Below, in pieces: positions 19,239 to 27,928 of a DNA stretch of 64,000 nucleotides. This DNA comes from Candidatus Methylomirabilales bacterium. GTDB taxonomy: Bacteria > Methylomirabilota > Methylomirabilia > Methylomirabilales > CSP1-5. Location of the stretch: contig JBHIAH010000002.1 of the NCBI GenBank assembly GCA_046758505.1, positions 32,001-96,000 of the forward strand, read 5' to 3'. A program made the position numbers and the translations under genes. The notes under the pieces were generated by a model. The model ran no database searches. It was given only the letters and a program-made list of their open reading frames with translations, and was not told the DNA's origin. Each line of letters begins with the position of its first letter. The stretch's first letter is position 1.

Positions 19239-20621
19239 TCAATCGCCATTGATCGGACCGGGACCGACCGGACCGATCTCTGCGTGCGCGGGCTCCCAGC
19301 GCGTGGAACGGCAGCGCCTCTGCAGGAGGATCATGCGGACGAGCCAGTCCAGGAGGAAGGCCCACCAGATATAGGCTACACTGAGGCCCCACCAGGCGGC
19401 GGCTGCGGCCACAGGGACCCGGACCCCCCAGATGCCAAGGACGGTGACCCGCAGGATATATGGAGTATCCCCCGCCCCCCGGAGGGCCCCCTGAAGCACC
19501 AACGTCACCGCGAGGGGGATCTGACTGACCGCGGCGATCCGAAGGAAGATGATCCCCAGCCGGATCACCTCCTGATCCGCGGTGAACAGGCGGAGGAGGG
19601 GCCCGGGAAAGAGGAAGAAGACGAGGCCCATCCCGCCCATGAAGAGGATGCCCAGCCGGTTGGCCTCCGCCATCCCCACGCGGGCCCGGAGTATATCCCC
19701 TCCCCCCACGCTCTGTCCGACCAGGGTCGCGGCGGCCACCCCGATCGCCAACCCCGGCATGAACGAGAAGGATTCGACGTTCACCCCCAACTGGTGCGTG
19801 GCAAAGGCGGCGGTCCCGTACAAGAGCAGGATCTTGGCATAGACCGCCTGGCCTGCCTGCCACACGATCCGGTCTATGGCGATCGGCCAGCCGACGCGCA
19901 CGATGGGGCGGATACAGGCCGTCTCCCATCTCCCCCGGGCCAGATATCCCTTGGCCCACCCCTGCCACCAGAAGAGGAGGACCCCCACCACCTCTGCGGA
20001 GGCAACCGCGATGGCCGCCCCTTGAACCCCGAGCGCGGGCAGACCGAGGTAGCCATAAATCAAAGGAATGGCCAGGCTGACGTGGAAGAGGTTCAGGATC
20101 AGGACGATCTGCATCGGGGTCCGGGTATCGCCGGCCCCGTGCATCGTAGAGGTCAGGACATAGATCAAGCCGGTGGCGGGAAAAGCCAGAAATACCCACC
20201 GACAGTACTCCGATACCAGAACCTGCACCGACGCCGACGCTCCAAACACGCTCGCGGCGTCTGCGGCAAACGCCAACCCGGCCGCGGCGAGGGGAACGGT
20301 CAGGACCAGTGTTGCGAGGAGTCCATGAACCGCGATCCGCCCCGCCTCCGCCCGCCGGGCCGCCCCCCACCGCTGGGCCACCGTGACCATGGTGCCGGTG
20401 CTGACCCCCCACACGAGCGTCAAGCCGATAAAGACCAGGAGCTGGCCCAGCCCGACGGCCGCAACCGCAGAGGCGCCGAGTCCGCCCACCAGGAAGATGT
20501 CCACCGCGGTCACCATCCGGTGGAGCAGGTTGGAGACGGCGACGGGCAGGGCGAGGCGGAGGACCTCTCGCCGGATCTCCGCCCTATGCAGCACTTTATC
20601 GTGCGTCAACACCCTCTCCAC
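19239..20621 (-). CDS. MATE-family efflux transporter
   Basis: LALPV...DIFLVG, GAGDTRTPM and GALRGAGDT motifs; about 12 TM helices. Confidence 0.9.
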   Translation of the reverse strand: MERVLTHDKVLHRAEIRREVLRLALPVAVSNLLHRMVTAVDIFLVGGLGASAVAAVGLGQLLVFIGLTLVWGVSTGTMVTVAQRWGAARRAEAGRIAVHGLLATLVLTVPLAAAGLAFAADAASVFGASASVQVLVSEYCRWVFLAFPATGLIYVLTSTMHGAGDTRTPMQIVLILNLFHVSLAIPLIYGYLGLPALGVQGAAIAVASAEVVGVLLFWWQGWAKGYLARGRWETACIRPIVRVGWPIAIDRIVWQAGQAVYAKILLLYGTAAFATHQLGVNVESFSFMPGLAIGVAAATLVGQSVGGGDILRARVGMAEANRLGILFMGGMGLVFFLFPGPLLRLFTADQEVIRLGIIFLRIAAVSQIPLAVTLVLQGALRGAGDTPYILRVTVLGIWGVRVPVAAAAAWWGLSVAYIWWAFLLDWLVRMILLQRRCRSTRWEPAHAEIGPVGPGPINGD

Positions 20622-20623
20622 TT

Positions 20624-20805
20624 ATTTCGAATTGCGAATTTCGGATTTCGGATTGAAATGCAGATCTCAGGTTCAGCACTTCGAAATCCGCAATCCCAAA
20701 TCCGAAATCCCGGAGGCGATTTGCTGATTGCTGACCGCTGACTGCTGACGGCCGACCGCTACGGGCTCGCAAGCTGTCTCATCGGTCGTCGGTCACCGGT
20801 CGTCG
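20624..20805. repeat. Two adjacent inverted arrays of heptamer repeats
   Basis: ATT[T/G]CG[A/G] x4 (20624-20651) pairs with CCGAAAT-like x4 (20681-20708). GCTGAC[C/T/G]-like x5 (20723-20757) pairs with TCGGTC[G/A]-like x3 (20782-20802). Confidence 0.8.
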
Positions 20806-22262
20806 CGGCGCGAAAGCGCCCGGCCGCGGGCCAGCCCATACAGCCACTCGTACTCCCTGGCAGCGTGCTCCCAAGAAAAGTGGCATGCCATGGCGTTCTG
20901 CATGAGGCACTTCCAGAGCTCCTTCCGGTGGAAAAGGGTGAGTGCCTCCCGGACGGCCTGCAAGAGATCCTCGGTCCCGGCCTGCCGGAAGGTAAACCCG
21001 TTTCCCGTGCGCGCCGCGGGATCAAAGGGGGTGATGGTGTCGCCCAGCCCCCCGGTGTCCCGGACGACGGGAATCGTGCCGTAGGCGAGACTGTACATCT
21101 GGGTCAGTCCGCAGGGTTCATACCGGGACGGCATGAGAAAGATGTCGGCCCCCGCCTCGATCTTATGACTCATGGCGACATCCAGGCCGATCCGCACTGC
21201 AAGCTTGGTGGGAAATTTCCGCTGCAACTCCTGGAGCCTCCGCTCGAGCTTCACGTCCCCCGTCCCCAGCAGGACCATCTGGAGATCGAGGCGCAACAGA
21301 TCCTCCCCCACCCCGGCGATGAGGTCGATGCCCTTCTGATCCACGAGCCGTGAGATCACGCCCACGAGGGGCAGCTCTGCCCGGGTCGGCAGTCCCATGA
21401 TCTCCTGAATGTCCACTTTACAGGCCGCCTTTCCCGTCAGATCGTCCGCGGAATACGCGGCCACGAGATAGGGATCGGCCCGAGGGTTCCACTCGTGATA
21501 GTCCACGCCATTCAGCACGCCGTAGAGATCCGCCGCCCGGCGCCGGGGGAGGTCCTGGAGGCCGCACCCGAACTCGGCCGTCTGAATCTCCTGGCTGTAT
21601 GTGCGACTGACGGTGCTGAGCAGGTCGGCGCACACCAGGCCGGCCTTCAGGAAATTCACCCTGCCCCAAAATTCCATCCCGTCGAGCGTAAACAGGGGAT
21701 CGGGCAGGCCGGTGAGGGGGAACACGTCGGCCGGAAAGAGTCCCTGGTATCCCAGGTTGTGGATCGTGAGCACGCTGGCGATATCCGCAAAAAAAAGATC
21801 CCTCCCGTAGACCGTCTTCAGGTAGGCCGGGATGAGGCTGCTCTGCCAGTCGTGGCAGTGGATCACGTCGGGCTTCCAGTTGAGGACCCTGACCGCTTCC
21901 AGCATGCCCCGGGAGAAAAAGATGAACCGTTCGGCGTTGTCGGGATAATCCTCTCCGTGCTCCTGGTACAAACCCTCCCGGTCATAAAATCGCTCATGAT
22001 CGATTAGGATGACGCGCACCCCCTCACTGTGTGTTTCCCAGAGGCAAGCTGCCTCCGTCCGATCTCCCAGGGGGACTTCGATTCCCTCCGGACGACGCGC
22101 CAGGGCATATTTCTCGGCGTCGATGGCCCCGTATTTGGGGAGAAACGCCGTCACCCGATGCCCCCGCCCCGCCAGGACGGCCGGAAGGGCCCCGGCGACG
22201 TCGGCCAATCCCCCCGTCTTGGCAAAGGGGGTCATCTCCGATGCAGCCGAGACGATCCGCAC
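20793..22262 (-). CDS. glgA: Glycogen synthase
   Basis: KTGGLADV, HCHDWQ, TIHNLGYQG and PSRYEPCGLTQM motifs; likely GTG start at 22262. Confidence 0.95.
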   Translation of the reverse strand: MRIVSAASEMTPFAKTGGLADVAGALPAVLAGRGHRVTAFLPKYGAIDAEKYALARRPEGIEVPLGDRTEAACLWETHSEGVRVILIDHERFYDREGLYQEHGEDYPDNAERFIFFSRGMLEAVRVLNWKPDVIHCHDWQSSLIPAYLKTVYGRDLFFADIASVLTIHNLGYQGLFPADVFPLTGLPDPLFTLDGMEFWGRVNFLKAGLVCADLLSTVSRTYSQEIQTAEFGCGLQDLPRRRAADLYGVLNGVDYHEWNPRADPYLVAAYSADDLTGKAACKVDIQEIMGLPTRAELPLVGVISRLVDQKGIDLIAGVGEDLLRLDLQMVLLGTGDVKLERRLQELQRKFPTKLAVRIGLDVAMSHKIEAGADIFLMPSRYEPCGLTQMYSLAYGTIPVVRDTGGLGDTITPFDPAARTGNGFTFRQAGTEDLLQAVREALTLFHRKELWKCLMQNAMACHFSWEHAAREYEWLYGLARGRALSRRDDR

Positions 22263-22322
22263 GCTCTTCTCCGGAAAAAAGGAACGGGGATCACACTTCC
22301 GATCCCCGTCCGACAATGCTGC

Positions 22323-22351
22323 TTTATATCGTGCACCCCCACCCCTGTCAA
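22323..22351 (-). promoter_or_regulatory. Sigma70 promoter of glgA
   Basis: TTGACA-17-TATAAA. Confidence 0.6.
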
Positions 22352-22366
22352 GGTGAAAGGCCGAAT

Positions 22367-22383
22367 TGCCTATGCAGTGGGCA
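22367..22383 (+). promoter_or_regulatory. NtrC-box-like enhancer site
   Basis: 17-bp TGCCTATGCAGTGGGCA (TGC-N11-GCA) about 120 bp upstream of the sigma54 site. Confidence 0.35.
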
Positions 22384-22500
22384 CCCCGTTCTCGCGGGCG
22401 GGCTCTGTGCTCTCTTTTTAGGCGATTTCGGTCCGGCCTGGTTCGCCCCCATTCGCACCTTTCTCCGTAATAGCAGCGAGTTACCGTTCTTCACCTCCAC

Positions 22501-22516
22501 TGGCATGGCGGATGCT
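22501..22516 (+). promoter_or_regulatory. Sigma54 (-24/-12) promoter of the amt operon
   Basis: TGGCAT-GGCGG-ATGCT with GG-N10-GC spacing, about 90 bp before the amt start. Confidence 0.6.
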
Positions 22517-22607
22517 TCTCTTCGCGCCGACCACAAGCGACCGTTGTGCGATGGTGGGGGAATCCTTGATTGAACGCCTCAGGGGAACGTAGAAGGGAGG
22601 AGAAACT

Positions 22608-24497
22608 GTGACGCGGAAGAGAGCGCTCTACAGCGTGGGTCTTGCCGCTCTGGTGGTGATTCTGGTTCCGGGGATCGCCCTCGCCCAGCAGGCGGCGCCC
22701 ACCATCGACACCCTGCTGAAGGACGTGACCAGCCTCAAGGTCGACTCCAAGGTGGCCATGGACACGGTGTGGACCCTGATCACCGCCTTTCTCGTCATGT
22801 TCATGGCCGCAGGGTTCGCCCTGCTCGAGTCCGGATTTTGCCGTTCGAAAAACACCGCCAACATCCTGGCGAAGAATTTTGTGGTGTATGCCGTCACGGG
22901 CATCGCCTTCTTAGTCATCGGCTGGGGGATTATGTTCGGCGACGGCACCGGCTTTATGGGTCTGAAGGGGCTCTGGTTCCTCAGCGGTCCCGACAACAGC
23001 CCGGCCACCGGAGACGCCTATAAGGGGGTCTACAGCTCTATCAACTGGACCGGGATCCCGCTCGAGGCCAAGTTCCTCTTCCAGATGGTCTTTGCCGCGA
23101 CCGCCGCGACGATCGTCTCGGGGGCCGTGGCCGAGCGGGTCAAGTTCGGCGCCTTCTTTCTCTTTTCCTTTCTCATCGGCGGCCTGCTCTACCCGATCAC
23201 CGGTCACTGGATCTGGGGAGGGGGCTGGCTCGCCGAGCGCGGGATGTGGGACTTTGCGGGTTCCACCGTGGTCCACTCGGTCGGCGGCTGGGCCGCCCTC
23301 GCCGGCGCCATCATGCTGGGACCGCGCATCGGCAAGTATACGAAGGACGGACGGATCAACCCCATCCCCGGCCACAGCCTCACCTCCGCGACGCTTGGCG
23401 TCTTTATCCTCTGGTTTGGCTGGTTCGGATTCAACCCGGGCAGCACTATGGGGGCGGATTGGGGGGCCATCGGCCACATCGCCGCCACCACGAACACCGC
23501 CGCGGCCGCGGGGGTGATCAGCGCCACGTTCACCGCCTGGGTCCTCCTCGGCAAGCCGGACCTCACCATGGCCCTGAACGGGGGGGTAGCCGGCCTGGTG
23601 GCGATTACGGCGCCGTGTGCCTTCGTCAGCCTGGGAAGCTCGCTGGCGATCGGCCTTGTGGCCGGGATCCTCGTGGTCCTGTCGGTCCTCTTCTTCGACC
23701 GCATCAAGGTGGACGATCCGGTGGGCGCGATCTCTGCCCACCTGGCGTGCGGGGCATGGGGCACTCTCGCCCTTGGGCTCTTTGCGCAGGACAAGTTCAT
23801 GCCGGGCACCACCGGCAACGGCCTGTTCTTCGGGGGCGGTTCGGGGCTCTTCCAGGCGCAGCTCATCGGGGTGCTCGCTGTGGGCGCATTCATCTTCCCG
23901 GCCTCCATGGTCGGCTGGGGGCTCCTGAAGGGATTCATGGGCATTCGGGTTGGCCCGGAGGAGGAGATGGAGGGCCTGGACATCAACGAGCACGGACTTC
24001 TCGCCTATCCGGACTTTCAGATCGCCACGGCGGCTCGCATGCCCCGGGGTGCGGTGACGGCGGCAGCGCCGGCGACACCGGCCCCCGAGGCGGCGGAGCC
24101 CGTGCGGCGCCCCGCCGCGGCCTTTGCCGGTGCGGGCGGCGGAGTGCGGACCCCGCCCCGCCCCGGTGCGTCACGCACGCCACCCGGCCCGGGCCACGCC
24201 CCCCCCGCCCGCGGAGCGCCTGTCGCCGCGGCCGGACCCGCCCTCAAAGAACAACCGTTCAGGATCGTGGTCCGGGGGGTGGAGAAGAAGGCCCTGCGGG
24301 AGCTATGGCAGCGTCTCTGCTACGAATATCCCCACAACACGCCACAGGACTTCAACGAGATCTACGGATACGTGCAGAGCTTTCGGGACGATGCCTTCTC
24401 TTTCAAGGAGGGGGATCCGAAGCAGTTCCGAGATACGATCGAAAACCTTTTGTACATCCACGGCATCGAAGGGGCCGTGGTCACGGCAGAGCGCTGA
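22608..24497 (+). CDS. amtB: Ammonium transporter (Amt) with Pro/Ala linker and an extra ~80-aa C-terminal domain
   Basis: GFALLESG, FQMVFA...IVSGAVAER, DFAGSTVVH, WFGFNPGS and DDPVGAISAH (twin His); signal peptide; 629 aa. Confidence 0.93.
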   Translation: MTRKRALYSVGLAALVVILVPGIALAQQAAPTIDTLLKDVTSLKVDSKVAMDTVWTLITAFLVMFMAAGFALLESGFCRSKNTANILAKNFVVYAVTGIAFLVIGWGIMFGDGTGFMGLKGLWFLSGPDNSPATGDAYKGVYSSINWTGIPLEAKFLFQMVFAATAATIVSGAVAERVKFGAFFLFSFLIGGLLYPITGHWIWGGGWLAERGMWDFAGSTVVHSVGGWAALAGAIMLGPRIGKYTKDGRINPIPGHSLTSATLGVFILWFGWFGFNPGSTMGADWGAIGHIAATTNTAAAAGVISATFTAWVLLGKPDLTMALNGGVAGLVAITAPCAFVSLGSSLAIGLVAGILVVLSVLFFDRIKVDDPVGAISAHLACGAWGTLALGLFAQDKFMPGTTGNGLFFGGGSGLFQAQLIGVLAVGAFIFPASMVGWGLLKGFMGIRVGPEEEMEGLDINEHGLLAYPDFQIATAARMPRGAVTAAAPATPAPEAAEPVRRPAAAFAGAGGGVRTPPRPGASRTPPGPGHAPPARGAPVAAAGPALKEQPFRIVVRGVEKKALRELWQRLCYEYPHNTPQDFNEIYGYVQSFRDDAFSFKEGDPKQFRDTIENLLYIHGIEGAVVTAER

Positions 24498-24528
24498 TCC
24501 CGAAAGAGAGGCCGGGGAGGAGAGAGAA

Positions 24529-26139
24529 ATGATTGGATGGATCATTCTGATCGGTATCCTCGCAGCAGTGATCATCGCGGCATTTACCGCCTGGTACGTC
24601 AAGACGCCGGTAAACAACGCCTTCATCCGGACCGGCTTCGGTGGCAAGAAGGTGGTCATCGACGGCGGCGCGGTCGTATTGCCCTGGGTCCAAAGCATTC
24701 AGTGGATTTCCCTCGAGACCTTCAAGCTCCAGGTCTTCAAGGCGAAGAAAGAGGCCTTCATCACCAAGGACCGCCTGCGGGTGGACCTCGGGGCTGAATT
24801 CTACGTGAAGATCTCAGCCGACCCGGAGAGCATCGAACGGGCCTCCCGCAGCTTGGGGGATAAGTCCTTCAGCGCCGAGGGGATCCAGTCCCTCGTGGAG
24901 GAGAAGCTGGTCTCGGCGCTGCGGTCGGCGGCAGCCCAGATGGAGATGGTTTATATGCACGAGAATCGCCGCGGCTTCGCCCTCAGCGTCATGGAACATC
25001 TTGGAGAACCGTTGATGCTCAACGGGCTTGGACTCGAGGATGTTTCAATCTTCCACTTCGACCAGACCGACCGGGCCCAGCTCGATCCTCACAACATCTT
25101 CGACGCCGAGGGCCTCCGCCAGATCGCCGCCCAGGTCTCCCAGCGCAACCGAGAGCGGAATGAGATCGAACGGAACACCGAGGTGGGCATCAAGCGCAAG
25201 GATGTGGAGGCGGTCAAGCTCAAACTCTCGCTCGACCAGGATCGGGAATTCGCCGAGGCCGAGCAGATGCGCCAGGTGGACACCAACCGGTCCCTCCAGA
25301 AGGCCGAGACCGAACAGTACAAGTTCGAGCAGGACCGGCGAACCCGGGAGGCGGAAATCGCCAAGCAGCGTGCCGTCCGGGAGGCAGAGATCGTGCAGGA
25401 GAAGGCGGTGCGCGAGGCAGAGATCCGCCGCGAAGCGTACCTGATTCAGCAGATGGAGCTCCGCGAGACGGCCGAGGTGGAAAAGGAGCGGGTGGTCGAG
25501 GAGACAAAACGGGCCAAAGAGATCGCCATCCTGGTCAAGGAGCGACAGCGGATCGAGGAGGAGAAGCGGCGGCTGGAGGCCGAGGCCGTCAAGGAGCTGT
25601 CGGCCCAGGAGGTGGTGACGGTGGCCGAAAAGGCCTCGGCCGAGCGCCAGAAGGTCATCGCCCTCATCCAGGCCCTCCGGGAAGTCGAGGTGGCCGAGCA
25701 AAAAGCCCGCGCGGTCGAACGACTGGCGCTCTCCAAACAGCGGGAGGGCGAGGCCGACGCAGCCGCCCGTTTGAAGATGGTAGAGACCGAGAACCACCTC
25801 CAGGACAAGGTCATTCAGCGGGATGTCCTGCTGCGCTTTATCGACAGGGCGCCCCAGATCTTGGGCGAGATGATGGCCCCGGCCCGGCAGATCGACAGCA
25901 TCAAGGTCTTGGACGTTCGGGGCTTGGGCGGCAACGGCGAGGGGGCAGGCCCAGACGTCTCCGGCATCAGTCGCGTGGTGAACTCCTTCCTCAACGCCGG
26001 GGCCGCGCTGCCGCTCCTCAGGGAATTTCTGGACTTCGCCAAGATGGATCCGGAAGGCATGCTCAAGAAGGTGGCGGCGCAGATCCCCGGAGCCAAGGAG
26101 GCCGTCGAGCCGCCATCAGCGAAGGGATCGGGGAAATAA
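24529..26139 (+). CDS. SPFH/flotillin-family protein (YqiK-like)
   Basis: N-terminal TM; FIRTGFGG...VIDGG, ITKDRLRVD and NIFDAEGL motifs; long E/R/A coiled coil; ARQIDSIKVL; ATG at 24529 follows GGAGG. Confidence 0.88.
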   Translation: MIGWIILIGILAAVIIAAFTAWYVKTPVNNAFIRTGFGGKKVVIDGGAVVLPWVQSIQWISLETFKLQVFKAKKEAFITKDRLRVDLGAEFYVKISADPESIERASRSLGDKSFSAEGIQSLVEEKLVSALRSAAAQMEMVYMHENRRGFALSVMEHLGEPLMLNGLGLEDVSIFHFDQTDRAQLDPHNIFDAEGLRQIAAQVSQRNRERNEIERNTEVGIKRKDVEAVKLKLSLDQDREFAEAEQMRQVDTNRSLQKAETEQYKFEQDRRTREAEIAKQRAVREAEIVQEKAVREAEIRREAYLIQQMELRETAEVEKERVVEETKRAKEIAILVKERQRIEEEKRRLEAEAVKELSAQEVVTVAEKASAERQKVIALIQALREVEVAEQKARAVERLALSKQREGEADAAARLKMVETENHLQDKVIQRDVLLRFIDRAPQILGEMMAPARQIDSIKVLDVRGLGGNGEGAGPDVSGISRVVNSFLNAGAALPLLREFLDFAKMDPEGMLKKVAAQIPGAKEAVEPPSAKGSGK

Positions 26140-26143
26140 GGTC

Positions 26144-26767
26144 GTGTCGTATCGCCTCCTGCTCATAGAGGAGAGCTCCTCTGCCCTGACCTTCCTCCAG
26201 GAGACGCTCCGACGGCTCGGCTATGCGGTGGTCGGCGAGGCTACCCATGGCCAGCAGGGACTCCAACTGACCCGAACCCTCCAACCCGATCTGATATTTT
26301 TGGCGGTGGATCTGCAGGGGGTCTGTGGCCTCACCGTCGCAACCCAGATCATGAAGGAGACCCCCACACCCATCATCCTCCTGGCCTGCACCCGGGATGC
26401 CACCACAATCCGTCGGGCCACCCAGGCGGGGGTGATGGCCTACCTGATCAAGCCAATACGTGGGCACGAGCTCCAGGCCACCATCGAGCTGGCCATTGCC
26501 AGGTTCCGGGAGTTCATGACGCTCTGGAAGGACAACCAGCACCTGCGGAGGGCCTTGGAGGCGCGCAAGGCGATCGAACGCGCCAAGGGGTTGCTCATGG
26601 CCCGCCACGGGATGACCGAGGCAGAGGCCTTCAGCTCGATCCAGCGACAGAGCATGAAGACTCGAACCCCCATGGAACAAGTCGCCGAGGCCATTCTGGT
26701 CGGGGAGGCAGTCGCGGCGGCTGCAACGGATCCACGTCCCGCGGCATCTTCGCAACCGGGACCCTAG
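26144..26767 (+). CDS. ANTAR-domain RNA-binding antiterminator with pseudo-receiver domain (AmiR/NasT-like)
   Basis: ANTAR motif LEARKAIERAKGLLM...EAEAF...QSM. The receiver has Ala54 where the phospho-Asp is expected (PDLIFLA). Confidence 0.9.
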   Translation: MSYRLLLIEESSSALTFLQETLRRLGYAVVGEATHGQQGLQLTRTLQPDLIFLAVDLQGVCGLTVATQIMKETPTPIILLACTRDATTIRRATQAGVMAYLIKPIRGHELQATIELAIARFREFMTLWKDNQHLRRALEARKAIERAKGLLMARHGMTEAEAFSSIQRQSMKTRTPMEQVAEAILVGEAVAAAATDPRPAASSQPGP

Positions 26768-26889
26768 CGGAGCCAGCACAGAGCTCTGACCGTCACGAGA
26801 GGGAAACACCCGACGAATCCGAAAGACTTCGATGGCACCGGTGAGGGTCTCGCGTGCGCCGGTGCCCCGACACGCGCGGAGGTTCCGGT

Positions 26890-26929
26890 CGCTGCAACGG
26901 CGCAGCGGCGGGAGAGGCAAGGGCGCCTC
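26890..26929 (+). promoter_or_regulatory. ANTAR target RNA (dual hexaloop hairpins)
   Basis: P1 CGCTGC-AACGGC-GCAGCG, 6-nt linker, P2 GAGGC-AAGGGC-GCCTC. Both loops have A1/G4 and a C-G closing pair. Confidence 0.88.
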
Positions 26930-26955
26930 ACAGAGGAGGCGCCCTTGTGTTTTTT
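26918..26955 (+). terminator. Intrinsic terminator overlapping ANTAR hairpin P2
   Basis: CAAGGGCGCCTC-ACAGAG-GAGGCGCCCTTG (12-bp perfect stem) followed by TGTTTTTT. Confidence 0.88.
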
Positions 26956-27025
26956 CGTGACACAGACCGAGATGACCGGCACCGTGGGAAGCGAGTACAA
27001 CCTGTACGAAAAAGGAGACGGTGAC

Positions 27026-27919
27026 ATGCCACACACACGGTGGAGACGCATGGCTCTCGTGGCTAGTGCGGTGGGGCTAGCCGGCTTTTTCTATGGGACG
27101 GCGGCGGTCCAGGCGGGAGAAGCCACAGGGCAAAACACGGGGAGGATCTCGCTCAATGCCGGGGTGGATTTTCCCACAGCCTACTTCTTCCGCGGCATCC
27201 TGCAGGAGGACGAGGACTTCATCGCCCAACCATTCGGGGAAATCACGGTTAACCTGTATGAAGGGACGGGAGGACTGACCAGCGTCAGCGCGACGCTGGG
27301 CTTGTGGAATAGCCTGCACTCAGGCCCGACCGGCGGAGGCGGGCCGACCGACAACCCGAAGATATGGTACGAAGCCGATGCGTATGGGGGACTGACGTTC
27401 GGGCTGTTCGAAAACTGGGAAGCGGGAGTGACCTACATCGCCTACACCAGCCCCAACGATTCCTTTGACACGGTTCAAGAGGTGTACCTGAGCCTCGGCT
27501 ATGACGACAGCGACCTGTTGGGTCCCTTTGCGCTGTCTCCGCACGTCCTTGTCGCCTTCGAGTTCGATAATCAGGCGGATGGGGGGAGCGACGAGGGCAT
27601 TTATGTGGAGCTGGGTGTCGAACCAGGCCTCACCCTCATCAAAAGCGAGCAATTCCCGGTGACCCTCTCATTTCCGATCACCCTCGGCTTGAGCGCCGAT
27701 GACTATTACGAGTTCGGCACTGGCGACGATAGCACCTTCGGGTACTTTGACGGGGGTATCGTCCTGAGCATGCCGTTGGGGTTCATTCCCGCCGCCTTCG
27801 GCACCTGGGAGATCAATGCCGGGGTACACTTCCTCGCCCTCGGGGACAACCTCGAAACGGTGAACAGTGGCGACGCCTTTGAGGCCATCGGCACGTTCGG
27901 CATCAGCCTGGCCTACTGA
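27026..27919 (+). CDS. TorF-like putative outer-membrane porin
   Basis: Signal peptide ending AVQA; AYFFRGI...Q and YEADAYGG motifs; alternating beta-strand pattern; C-terminal aromatic residue (GISLAY); AAGGAG RBS. Confidence 0.72.
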   Translation: MPHTRWRRMALVASAVGLAGFFYGTAAVQAGEATGQNTGRISLNAGVDFPTAYFFRGILQEDEDFIAQPFGEITVNLYEGTGGLTSVSATLGLWNSLHSGPTGGGGPTDNPKIWYEADAYGGLTFGLFENWEAGVTYIAYTSPNDSFDTVQEVYLSLGYDDSDLLGPFALSPHVLVAFEFDNQADGGSDEGIYVELGVEPGLTLIKSEQFPVTLSFPITLGLSADDYYEFGTGDDSTFGYFDGGIVLSMPLGFIPAAFGTWEINAGVHFLALGDNLETVNSGDAFEAIGTFGISLAY

Positions 27920-27928
27920 GGGATACAC

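Noticed and set aside
20624..20805. CRISPR array
   Set aside because: Units are 7-8 nt tandem repeats without unique spacers, and there are no cas genes.
22517..22607. Second ANTAR motif in the amt leader
   Set aside because: The hairpin CACAA-N7-TTGTG lacks the A1/G4 hexaloop, a partner hairpin and a terminator.
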